From: Chitinophaga sp. HK235
Lineage (GTDB): Bacteria; Bacteroidota; Bacteroidia; Chitinophagales; Chitinophagaceae
Assembly (NCBI RefSeq): GCF_018255755.1
Contig: NZ_CP073766.1
Location: 4,720,932 to 4,744,931 of the forward strand
Direction of reading: 5' to 3'
Length of the DNA: 24,000 nt
Positions 16,199-23,894 of the stretch are shown here, piece by piece. How positions within the stretch are numbered: the first letter of the stretch is position 1; the number at the start of each line of letters is the position of its first letter. A program made the position numbers and the translations under genes. The notes beneath the pieces are model-generated. The model was not told the origin of the DNA. It did not search any database and worked only from the letters and a program-made list of their open reading frames with translations.

Positions 16199-16849
16199 AT
16201 GAAAGCATTTAACTTTTTTATCTTATATCGTTTCCCCATCGGGATTGTGTTATTTGTGGCCGGTATTGTACTCGGAGTTACAGTGGGATGGTGGGAAGCT
16301 ACCCTCGTATTGTTGCTCGCTGTTATCTGTATCGCGACCCATCTTCTGTTTGGTCCTATGCGGCTGGTACAGGAAGCAGTAGAAGCTGGTGACATCGAAC
16401 GCGCCACTGCCCTGATGAATATGGTGAAATTTCCTAAACTGCTGTATAAACCGATCCGTTCTGTATACTTCTTCATGCAAAGTAACATGGCCATGTACAG
16501 CAACGACCTGGACAAAGCTGAAAGCACTATCCGCCAAAGCATCCAGTCCGGCAGCCCGATGAAGGAATATGAAGGCATGCAGTACTTCCAGCTGGGTACC
16601 ATCGCTTACCAGAAAAACGATCTGAAAACAGCAGACCAGAACCTGAAGAAAGCAGTACGTATGGGCCTTCCCGATAAGGAAAACACCGCTGCTGCCCTGC
16701 TCACACTGGCATCCATCGCCATGAGCCGCCGTGACTTCAAATCTGCCAAAGAATATTTCCGCAGAGCCAAAGCACAGAAACCTACTACCGCACAAATCGT
16801 CAACCAGATCAAGGAAATGGACAAATACATTTCCAGGATGCCGGGATGA
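16199..16849 (+). CDS. Membrane-anchored tetratricopeptide-repeat (TPR-like) protein
   Basis: 216-aa ORF with two N-terminal TM helices, followed by helical repeats with TPR-like signatures (YFQLGTIAYQKNDLKTADQNLKKAV; LASIAMSRRDFKSAKEYFRRA). Confidence 0.7.
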   Translation: MKAFNFFILYRFPIGIVLFVAGIVLGVTVGWWEATLVLLLAVICIATHLLFGPMRLVQEAVEAGDIERATALMNMVKFPKLLYKPIRSVYFFMQSNMAMYSNDLDKAESTIRQSIQSGSPMKEYEGMQYFQLGTIAYQKNDLKTADQNLKKAVRMGLPDKENTAAALLTLASIAMSRRDFKSAKEYFRRAKAQKPTTAQIVNQIKEMDKYISRMPG

Positions 16850-16866
16850 TAACAATATTTACTGAA

Positions 16867-16902
16867 AGAAAGGGCCGGATGATAAACCATCCGGCCCTTT
16901 CT
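16867..16902 (+). terminator. Terminator hairpin after the TPR gene
   Basis: AGAAAGGGCCGGATG (16867-16881) forms a perfect 15-bp stem with CATCCGGCCCTTTCT (16888-16902), with a 6-nt loop. The T-rich tail TTATTCGTAATTT is weak. Confidence 0.65.
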
Positions 16903-16919
16903 TATTCGTAATTTCGCGC

Positions 16920-18866
16920 ATGATGAAACTGAAACTTTACACACTTCCACTACTTTTATTGTCTGTTTCCGCTGCTGCACAGGACTCCCTGTACAGGATC
17001 AGCCAGCTGAATGAAGTTTCCGTGACCGCCACCAAAGGGCCACAGAAAGCCAGCGAAACCGGGAAGGTGATCACCATCCTCCCACATGAATACCTGGAGA
17101 AAAACAGCGGCAGAACCATCGCCGCTATCCTCAGCGAACAAGCCGGCATCACTATCAACGGCGCTCAGAACAACCGGGGCACCATACCCGAAGTATATAT
17201 CCGCGGCGCCTCCAACGGCAACGCCCTGATACTGATAGACGGCCTGCCCGTTAACGATGCCTCCCAGATCGCCAACACTTTTGATCTCAACTTCATCTCC
17301 CCCGAACAGGTGGAAAGAATTGAAATACTCCGTGGCAGCCAGTCTACACTCTATGGCTCCAACGCAGTAGCCGGCGTAATCAACATCATCACCCGGAAAA
17401 ACAACGGGAAAAAAATCGGCGTTTCTGCCAACACCAGCTACGGCAGCTATAACAATTTTCAGGGTAACGCCAACGTATATGGCAATGCCGGCAAATTCTC
17501 CTACCTGCTGGGCTACAAATATGAAAACGCTACCGGTTTCTCTGACGCCTACGACAGCACCGGTAAGGCCGGCTACGACAAAGACGGCTTCCAGCAGCAT
17601 ACCGTATTTGCCAAATTAGGTCTGCAGGCTACTTCCCGGTGGAGGCTCCAGTATCTGTTTAACTACAGCAACTACCACCACGACCTCGATGAAGGCGCTT
17701 TCATCGATGACAGAGACTATACCGGTAAATTCAAATACCTCCTCAATGGCTTCAGTAGCGAATACCAGTTCAGAAAAGGCAGCTGGCATGTGTTATACAG
17801 CTATCAGCAAACCAAAAGGGACATCCTGAATGACTCCGGTTATGTAGCCGCCGACGGGTATGGCAAATACGACCAGTCAGCTTTCTCCTCCAACATCCAT
17901 CAGGTAGAGTCTTATGTAAACTGGAATGCGACCGATATCATCCGCGTAGTGGCCGGTGGTGCCTTTACCCGGGCCAATATCAATCAGTACGACTGGTATC
18001 TGGGCAACTATCCCGGCGCAACACCTTATATCACCGAGCTGTCGAAAGACAGTTCACATGCCAGCCAGACCAGCGTATATGCTTCTATGTTACTGCATAA
18101 CCTGGGTGGTTTCAATCTGGAAGCCGGTGGCCGTTTGAATTACCATAATCTCTATGGCAGCAATCAAACATTCTCCTTCAATCCTTCCTATCTCATCAAC
18201 AAAAACAATAAGATATTTCTTAATATATCATCCGCTTACCGGATTCCTTCCCTGTATCAGTTGTATGCTGCCGGTTATGGCAACAAGGACCTGAGACCAG
18301 AATCTACTGTCAGCTATGAAGCCGGTTACCAGGCCTCTGTAGCACACAATGCACTGGATTTTCGGGTGACAGGCTTTGCCCGCAATACAAAAGACCTGAT
18401 CATTTTTTACACGGAAAGTTCCGGTCTAAGCCATTATGCCAATGCCGATAAACAGCAGGCTTATGGTGCAGAAGCAGAGGTGAACTGGCATATCACACGG
18501 CGGCTGAACCTGAATGTGAACTATACTTACGTAGACGGCCGTCTGAAAACGGTTCAGAACGGAAAAGACACCTCCTGGTATAATCTCTACCGGATTCCCA
18601 AACATGCCGTGAACGCTACATTGGGCTATCAGATAACCCCTGCCCTGTATGCCAGTGCTACCTACCGTTATACTGGTGAACGTTACCAGGCCAAACAGCC
18701 GATGGGTGATTATTACACACTGGACCTTTATGGTGAGTATAAATTTGGTAACTTGCTTAAAATTTTTGCCGGGTTCAGAAATATTACCGATTATCAGTAT
18801 TTTGATATCCTTGGCTATAATTCCCGCCGGTTTAACTGGAATACCGGTATCACTTTAAATTTGTAA
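16920..18866 (+). CDS. TonB-dependent outer-membrane receptor, BtuB/CirA-like size class; probable corrinoid receptor by context
   Basis: 648-aa ORF with a signal peptide (LLLLSVSAAAQD) and plug-domain motifs (NEVSVTATKG; VERIEILRGSQSTLYGSNAVAGVINIITRK), then a beta-barrel with alternating aromatic strands to the C-terminus. The corrinoid assignment rests only on linkage to cobUTSC. Confidence 0.85.
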   Translation: MMKLKLYTLPLLLLSVSAAAQDSLYRISQLNEVSVTATKGPQKASETGKVITILPHEYLEKNSGRTIAAILSEQAGITINGAQNNRGTIPEVYIRGASNGNALILIDGLPVNDASQIANTFDLNFISPEQVERIEILRGSQSTLYGSNAVAGVINIITRKNNGKKIGVSANTSYGSYNNFQGNANVYGNAGKFSYLLGYKYENATGFSDAYDSTGKAGYDKDGFQQHTVFAKLGLQATSRWRLQYLFNYSNYHHDLDEGAFIDDRDYTGKFKYLLNGFSSEYQFRKGSWHVLYSYQQTKRDILNDSGYVAADGYGKYDQSAFSSNIHQVESYVNWNATDIIRVVAGGAFTRANINQYDWYLGNYPGATPYITELSKDSSHASQTSVYASMLLHNLGGFNLEAGGRLNYHNLYGSNQTFSFNPSYLINKNNKIFLNISSAYRIPSLYQLYAAGYGNKDLRPESTVSYEAGYQASVAHNALDFRVTGFARNTKDLIIFYTESSGLSHYANADKQQAYGAEAEVNWHITRRLNLNVNYTYVDGRLKTVQNGKDTSWYNLYRIPKHAVNATLGYQITPALYASATYRYTGERYQAKQPMGDYYTLDLYGEYKFGNLLKIFAGFRNITDYQYFDILGYNSRRFNWNTGITLNL

Positions 18867-18883
18867 ACATTAAAACCAACATA

Positions 18884-19480
18884 ATGTCTTTAAAGAATCT
18901 TAATCCCCGATTTGGTATACTGCTGCTGTTTATGCTGGCAGCTGGTATTATACGCGTGATGTTGGGAGCTGATCAGTCTACTCTCCAACCGATCGCCATG
19001 TTTACTCCGGTAGGAGCAATGGCCCTGTTTGGTGGTGCTTCCTTCTCCGAAAAATGGAAATCATATGCTTTCCCGCTGCTGACATTGTTTTTGAGTGATT
19101 TGGTACTGATGCAGGTTTTCCACCCGGAATATGCACAAGGTCTGTTATACAAAGGCTGGATGGCTAACTACATCAGCTTTGTGTTTATCGTGCTGGTTGG
19201 TCAGCTGATGATCCGCAAGATGAGCGCGGGCCGTATTGCCCTGGCTTCTGTGGCAGCAGCACTGGTACATTTCACTGTTTCCAACTTCGGCGTATGGCTG
19301 AGCGGTTCCACTGATATCACCACCGGTTTGCCTTACACCCAAGACCTGGCCGGCCTCACCAAATGTTATATTCTCGCCATACCGTTTATGCAGTATTTCC
19401 TGGTAGGAACCCTGGTATACAGCGCGATCTTCTTCGGTAGCTTTGCACTGGTACAACGCAAGCTGCACCTGGCCCGCTAA
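18884..19480 (+). CDS. DUF6580-like polytopic membrane protein (about 6 TM); putative transport protein
   Basis: 198-aa ORF that is hydrophobic throughout (FGILLLFMLAAGIIRV; FTPVGAMALFGGA; FPLLTLFLSDLVLM, and others). It starts 17 nt after the receptor stop. The family name is from memory and needs HMM confirmation. Confidence 0.7.
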   Translation: MSLKNLNPRFGILLLFMLAAGIIRVMLGADQSTLQPIAMFTPVGAMALFGGASFSEKWKSYAFPLLTLFLSDLVLMQVFHPEYAQGLLYKGWMANYISFVFIVLVGQLMIRKMSAGRIALASVAAALVHFTVSNFGVWLSGSTDITTGLPYTQDLAGLTKCYILAIPFMQYFLVGTLVYSAIFFGSFALVQRKLHLAR

Positions 19481-19500
19481 GATATTTTTCCGATTTTTTT

Positions 19501-19584
19501 ATTTAGAGATTTACTTATTGTTACAGAGCACGCTGGTTATTTTTGATAATCAGCAGCGCTGTAGCAATAGCTAAATCTCTAAAT
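19501..19584 (+). repeat. 84-nt imperfect inverted repeat (long hairpin) inside the corrinoid gene string
   Basis: The arms are 19501-19535 and 19551-19584: 13 perfect bp at the base (ATTTAGAGATTTA / TAAATCTCTAAAT), then blocks of 5, 5 and 4 bp. Two of the arm differences are G-U compatible only on the plus-strand RNA. Confidence 0.7.
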
Positions 19585-19609
19585 GTTTACATAAACAAAT
19601 AATCCTACC

Positions 19610-20944
19610 ATGCGAAGATTTACTCTCCGACTTCAGCAGCTCTTTCTACTGGCAGCAGCTGTAATGCTAACTTTTTCCGCCTGTACCAAAGAGAATGTTG
19701 CAGCAATTGTTGTTCCTGTGATCAGCAGCCCTGGCCTGAAAGACGGAAAAGATACCATTGCTGTTGGTGATACCCGGGTGTTAAGCCCCCAGCTGACCAA
19801 TGCCAACAATGCTACTTTTCTGTGGCTCGTGAATGGCGTACCTTCCGGCAGTGACTCCACATTTACCTTTACTCCCACTACCTCCGGCGACTATACGATT
19901 TCCTTCAAGATAAGCTCCGGCAACAGTTTCAATTCCTTCTTCTACCGGATCAAGGTTACTGATAAATATGATAACGGTTTCTTTATCGTGAACGAAGGCT
20001 GGTTTGGCCATGGCCCCGGAGATGTTAACTTCTACCGTTACGGAGATGATACCGTGTATCAGAACATCTTCCAGCGGGAGAATCCTGGTAAAACACTGGG
20101 TACTACCACTGAGTTCGGTGCTATCTACAACAACCGGATTTACCTGTTGTCCAAACAGGGACCGATGGTAATAGCAGATGCACACAACATGAAGGAAATA
20201 GGTCGTATAGCCCAGTTGCCTGCTGACGGACGGGCTTTCTGCGGTATCAATCCTAATCTGGGCCTTATCTCTACTGTTAATGGCATCTACCAGCTGAACC
20301 TGCAAACACTGACTGTTGGAGCTAAAATAGCCGGCATTGATGGTCAGGTAGGTACTATGCTGAAAGAAGGCAATTATGTGTTTGTCATGTCTCAGAACAA
20401 TGGTATCGTAGTGCTGAACGCCAGTGATTTCAGCATTGTAAGCACCCTGGTAAAAGCAGACATCGGGCTGGCCCGCACACCGGACGGTACTATCTGGGCG
20501 GGTGCCGGTCAGAAGCTGTTTGCCATTGATCCGGCGACACTGACCGTTACCAATATCGATGTGCCTTTCACGCTCAACGGTGCCTGGGGTGCCTGGAACG
20601 CCACCATGATCAGTGCTTCCTCCATTGAAAACGCTGTGTTCATCGCTAAAACCAATGCCTGGGGCGCTGGTGGCAGAGAGATCTACAAATATCAGCCGGG
20701 CAACCCTTCTTCCCTGCAAACACCTTTCGTGACTTTGCCGGCGAACAGAGAGCTGATCGGCGCCGGTTTCCGGTATAATCCGAACAATAACACCCTGATA
20801 GCCACGGCTGTTGAGCCAGGCTATGGGGACCACTATAAACAGAACACACTGTTTATCTATGACGCCACTACAGCAGCTACGATCAAGAGCATTCCTTACG
20901 AAGGCTTTTTCTTCCCTGCTATTCCGGTGTTCAACAAACAATAA
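19610..20944 (+). CDS. Surface lipoprotein: N-terminal Ig/PKD-like domain plus a predicted beta-propeller (DUF5074 / YncE-like)
   Basis: 444-aa ORF with a lipoprotein signal and lipobox (LAAAVMLTFSAC). An Ig-like segment of about 85 aa (FLWLVNGVPSGSDSTFTFTPTTSGDYTISFKI) is followed by the motif YDNGFFIVNEGWFGHGPGDVNFY and repeated beta-rich blades. The domain names are from memory. Confidence 0.8.
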   Translation: MRRFTLRLQQLFLLAAAVMLTFSACTKENVAAIVVPVISSPGLKDGKDTIAVGDTRVLSPQLTNANNATFLWLVNGVPSGSDSTFTFTPTTSGDYTISFKISSGNSFNSFFYRIKVTDKYDNGFFIVNEGWFGHGPGDVNFYRYGDDTVYQNIFQRENPGKTLGTTTEFGAIYNNRIYLLSKQGPMVIADAHNMKEIGRIAQLPADGRAFCGINPNLGLISTVNGIYQLNLQTLTVGAKIAGIDGQVGTMLKEGNYVFVMSQNNGIVVLNASDFSIVSTLVKADIGLARTPDGTIWAGAGQKLFAIDPATLTVTNIDVPFTLNGAWGAWNATMISASSIENAVFIAKTNAWGAGGREIYKYQPGNPSSLQTPFVTLPANRELIGAGFRYNPNNNTLIATAVEPGYGDHYKQNTLFIYDATTAATIKSIPYEGFFFPAIPVFNKQ

Positions 20945-20951
20945 ATTCACC

Positions 20952-20992
20952 CGGGTTGCGAATAACAAGGACCATGCGTTATTCGCAACCCG
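20952..20992 (+). promoter_or_regulatory. Perfect 15-bp hairpin between the lipoprotein gene and cobU (attenuator, partial terminator or operator)
   Basis: CGGGTTGCGAATAAC (20952-20966) pairs with GTTATTCGCAACCCG (20978-20992), with an 11-nt loop. A third half-site copy, GTTATCGCAA (20992-21001), follows, and there is no clean U-tract. Confidence 0.5.
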
Positions 20993-21012
20993 TTATCGCA
21001 ATTTGAAGAGAT

Positions 21013-21528
21013 ATGATTACGCTGGTGACAGGTGGAGCCCGGTCCGGTAAAAGCAGGTATGCGCAGGAACAGGCGCTTACAGAGAGCCAACAGCCGGTAT
21101 ATGTGGCCACCGCCAAAGTATGGGATGAGGATTTCGCACAGCGTATCCAACGCCATAAAACAGAACGCGGCTCCCAATGGACCAACTATGAGGAAGAGCT
21201 GTATGTCAGCAAACTTCCGCTCGGGGGTAGAACCGTTGTGGTTGACTGCGTTACATTGTGGCTGACGAATTTTTTCACGCTCCACGATTATGATGCCGAC
21301 AAAACGCTTGCTGCTCTGCAGGCGGAGATCGACGCCCTTCAACAACAACAAGGCCACTTCCTGATCGTTACCAATGAAATAGGTATGGGCGTACACGCCG
21401 AAACCGCGGTGGGACGGAAGTTTACAGACCTTCAGGGCTGGGCCAATCAATATATAGCACGCATAGCCGATACCGTAGTGCTCATGATTTCAGGGATCCC
21501 TGTTGTGATTAAAAAACAGGAAAAATAA
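21013..21528 (+). CDS. cobU: Bifunctional adenosylcobinamide kinase / adenosylcobinamide-phosphate guanylyltransferase
   Basis: 171-aa ORF with the N-terminal P-loop MITLVTGGARSGKSRYAQ. The size and the remaining sequence (VATA...WDEDFAQRIQRHK; LIVTNEIGMGV) are typical of CobU/CobP. Confidence 0.9.
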   Translation: MITLVTGGARSGKSRYAQEQALTESQQPVYVATAKVWDEDFAQRIQRHKTERGSQWTNYEEELYVSKLPLGGRTVVVDCVTLWLTNFFTLHDYDADKTLAALQAEIDALQQQQGHFLIVTNEIGMGVHAETAVGRKFTDLQGWANQYIARIADTVVLMISGIPVVIKKQEK

Positions 21529-21535
21529 ATATACG

Positions 21536-22579
21536 ATGCAGCACATAACCATCTCACCACTGTCGAATGAGCTGAAAACAGCATTACAGGATAAGATAGA
21601 CCAGAAAACAAAGCCACCCGGTTCACTGGGGAGGCTTGAGCAGCTGGCGTTACAGGTTGGCCTGATACAAAACAGCCTTACGCCTGCATTGAAAAATCCA
21701 TCCATTATTGTATTTGCGGGTGACCATGGCATTGCTGCCGATGGACTGGTAAATCCTTTCCCGCAGGCCGTTACCGCCCAGATGGTGTACAACTTTCTGC
21801 AGGGCGGTGCAGCCATCAACGTATTTTGCAGGCAACACCAATTGAAGCTGACAGTAGTAGATGCCGGTGTAAACCATGAGTTCCCGCCGCATCCGCTGTT
21901 AAAAGACCGTAAAATAGCCCGTGGTACACAAAACTACCTCCACGGGCCGGCCATGTCACCGGATCAGTGCCGGCTGGCCATGCAGGCTGGCGCCGATGAA
22001 GTAAAGCTGGCATATGAAGCTGGCTGCAATACCATCGGCTTTGGGGAAATGGGCATAGGCAACACTTCTTCTGCCGCCCTGCTGATGAGTTATTTTACCG
22101 GCATCCCGATAGCTGACTGCATAGGGATAGGCACGGGCTCCAATGCCCAGCAGCTTACACAGAAAATAGCAGTACTGCAGCAGGTAATGGCACATCATGT
22201 AAAACCCAAAACCGCAGAACAGGCGCTGGCCACCTTCGGCGGTTTTGAAATAGCGATGATTACCGGTGCCATCCTTCAGGCTGCCGCCCTGAAAATGATC
22301 GTGGTGATAGACGGGTTTATCGTCACCGCCGCCCTGCTGGCAGCCACAGCCATGCAGCCTGCCGTGAAAGACTATTGCGTATTTGCGCATTGCTCAGAAG
22401 AAAAAGGCCACAAAGCTATGCTGCAGTTCCTTGGCGTAAAGCCTGTTATGCAGCTGGACATGCGCCTCGGAGAAGGTACCGGCGCTGCCATGGCTATTCC
22501 CGTAATCCAAAGCGCCGTGCTGTTCCTCAATGAAATGGCCAGCTTCAACAGCGCGCAAGTATCAAACCGCACAATATGA
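21536..22579 (+). CDS. cobT: Nicotinate-nucleotide--dimethylbenzimidazole phosphoribosyltransferase
   Basis: 347-aa ORF with hallmark motifs KTKPPGSLGRLE, VFAGDHGI, VTAQMVYNFLQGGAAINV, GEMGIGNT and RLGEGTGAA. Confidence 0.9.
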   Translation: MQHITISPLSNELKTALQDKIDQKTKPPGSLGRLEQLALQVGLIQNSLTPALKNPSIIVFAGDHGIAADGLVNPFPQAVTAQMVYNFLQGGAAINVFCRQHQLKLTVVDAGVNHEFPPHPLLKDRKIARGTQNYLHGPAMSPDQCRLAMQAGADEVKLAYEAGCNTIGFGEMGIGNTSSAALLMSYFTGIPIADCIGIGTGSNAQQLTQKIAVLQQVMAHHVKPKTAEQALATFGGFEIAMITGAILQAAALKMIVVIDGFIVTAALLAATAMQPAVKDYCVFAHCSEEKGHKAMLQFLGVKPVMQLDMRLGEGTGAAMAIPVIQSAVLFLNEMASFNSAQVSNRTI

Positions 22580-23355
22580 GAAAACAGTGGCAGCTTTTGC
22601 TCACCGCTATCATGTTTTATACACGTATACCCGTTACCGTTAATACGGACTATCATCCCGATATGCTCAGCAAAGCCACCCGTTATCTGCCGTTGATAGG
22701 CTGGATAACAGGTGCCATTATGCTTGCCGTGCTGTATGTTTTCGGTGACATTGCTCCCAGGCTGGTAGCCATTCTGTTGTCTATTATCCTCAGCATCTGG
22801 GTAACCGGCGCCTTCCATGAAGATGGTTTTGCCGACATGTGCGATGGCTTTGGCGGCGGATGGACCAAAGAGCGTATCCTGGAAATCATGAAAGACAGCC
22901 GTATCGGCACCTATGGCATGCTGGGCCTGCTGTTGCTCATGACTATGAAATACATCTGCCTGATACCGCTGACACTCAACAAGGTAATGCTGGCTGTCAT
23001 CATAGCCCAGCCCCTGAGCCGGTTTGTAGCGGTAAGCATCATCTATACCCATGAGTACGTACGGGAAAATGAAGACAGCAAAGCCAAACCGATATCCAAA
23101 GGCATCTGCCTGCCTGATCTGCTGCTGGCAGCCTGCTTCGGCATATTTCCACTGCTGGGGGTGATCGCTTTTACAGGCAACTATGCCCTCCTGCTGATAC
23201 TGCCGGCACTGGTGCTCGTACGCTGGTATATGGCACGCCTCATGAGCAAATGGATCGGCGGTTATACCGGCGACTGCCTGGGTGCTGTACAACAAGTTTC
23301 TGAAACAGTCATATATTTGTGCTTTTGTATTCTCGCATGGAAATATACCTCATAA
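22576..23355 (+). CDS. cobS: Adenosylcobinamide-GDP ribazoletransferase (cobalamin 5'-phosphate synthase)
   Basis: 259-aa polytopic membrane ORF with the motifs FYTRIPV, YLPLIGW and FHEDGFADMCDGFGGG. Its ATGA start overlaps the cobT stop. Confidence 0.9.
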   Translation: MRKQWQLLLTAIMFYTRIPVTVNTDYHPDMLSKATRYLPLIGWITGAIMLAVLYVFGDIAPRLVAILLSIILSIWVTGAFHEDGFADMCDGFGGGWTKERILEIMKDSRIGTYGMLGLLLLMTMKYICLIPLTLNKVMLAVIIAQPLSRFVAVSIIYTHEYVRENEDSKAKPISKGICLPDLLLAACFGIFPLLGVIAFTGNYALLLILPALVLVRWYMARLMSKWIGGYTGDCLGAVQQVSETVIYLCFCILAWKYTS

Positions 23356-23894
23356 GACATACAACACCTGCCATCGAAAGCGGTATCTGTTACGGCTTTT
23401 CAGACATCGATGTGGCAGACACCTTTGAAACGGAAGTGGCTGCTATCAAAGCTAAACTGCCTGCCGGCGATTTCGACGTGTATACCAGCCCGTTACAGCG
23501 CTGCAGCAAACTGGCCACAGCCCTCTTTAACAAGGAAATTACTGCAGACGACCGCCTGAAAGAAATGAATTTCGGTGCCTGGGAAATGCTTGCCTGGGAC
23601 GCCATCGGCCGGGAAGAACTGCAAACATGGGCCGATGATTTTGTACAGGCCCGCGTTCCGCAGGGTGAAAGCTATGAAGAGCTGTACAGCCGCAGCATGG
23701 AGCTAATTCAGGAACTGGTGGAAAAAGACAGAAATGCTGTGATCTTCACTCATGGCGGCGTGATCCGTTCTATACTGGCCCACGCTACCAATACGCCGCT
23801 GGTCGACTCCTTCGATCTCAAGGTGCAATATGGCAGGATTTCACAACTGAAAGTAGAAGATGGAGATATAAAGGTTGTTTTTTATAATTCATAA
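23337..23894 (+). CDS. cobC: Alpha-ribazole phosphatase (histidine phosphatase family)
   Basis: It has the histidine-phosphatase RH motif at the N-terminus (MEIYLIRHTTP) and the second catalytic His in FTHGGVIRS. I prefer the start at 23337 (19-nt overlap with cobS). The ORF track start is 23319. Confidence 0.85.
   Translation: MEIYLIRHTTPAIESGICYGFSDIDVADTFETEVAAIKAKLPAGDFDVYTSPLQRCSKLATALFNKEITADDRLKEMNFGAWEMLAWDAIGREELQTWADDFVQARVPQGESYEELYSRSMELIQELVEKDRNAVIFTHGGVIRSILAHATNTPLVDSFDLKVQYGRISQLKVEDGDIKVVFYNS

Noticed and set aside
19781-20968. A 395-aa minus-strand ORF opposite the lipoprotein gene.
   Set aside because: It is codon-aligned antisense to a plus-strand ORF that has a lipobox signal, domain-like repeats and operon context. 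The antisense translation is Arg/Gly/Ser-rich with no motifs. It has the same shadow-ORF cause as above.
22372-23295. A 307-aa minus-strand ORF opposite cobS. Similar antisense ORFs lie at 16250-16855, 16956-17600, 4028-4648, 4925-5452 and 6289-6777.
   Set aside because: All lie antisense to genes with strong, recognisable motifs (CobS, TPR, TonB-dependent receptor, MacB permease, ABC ATPase, adaptor), and none has features of its own.
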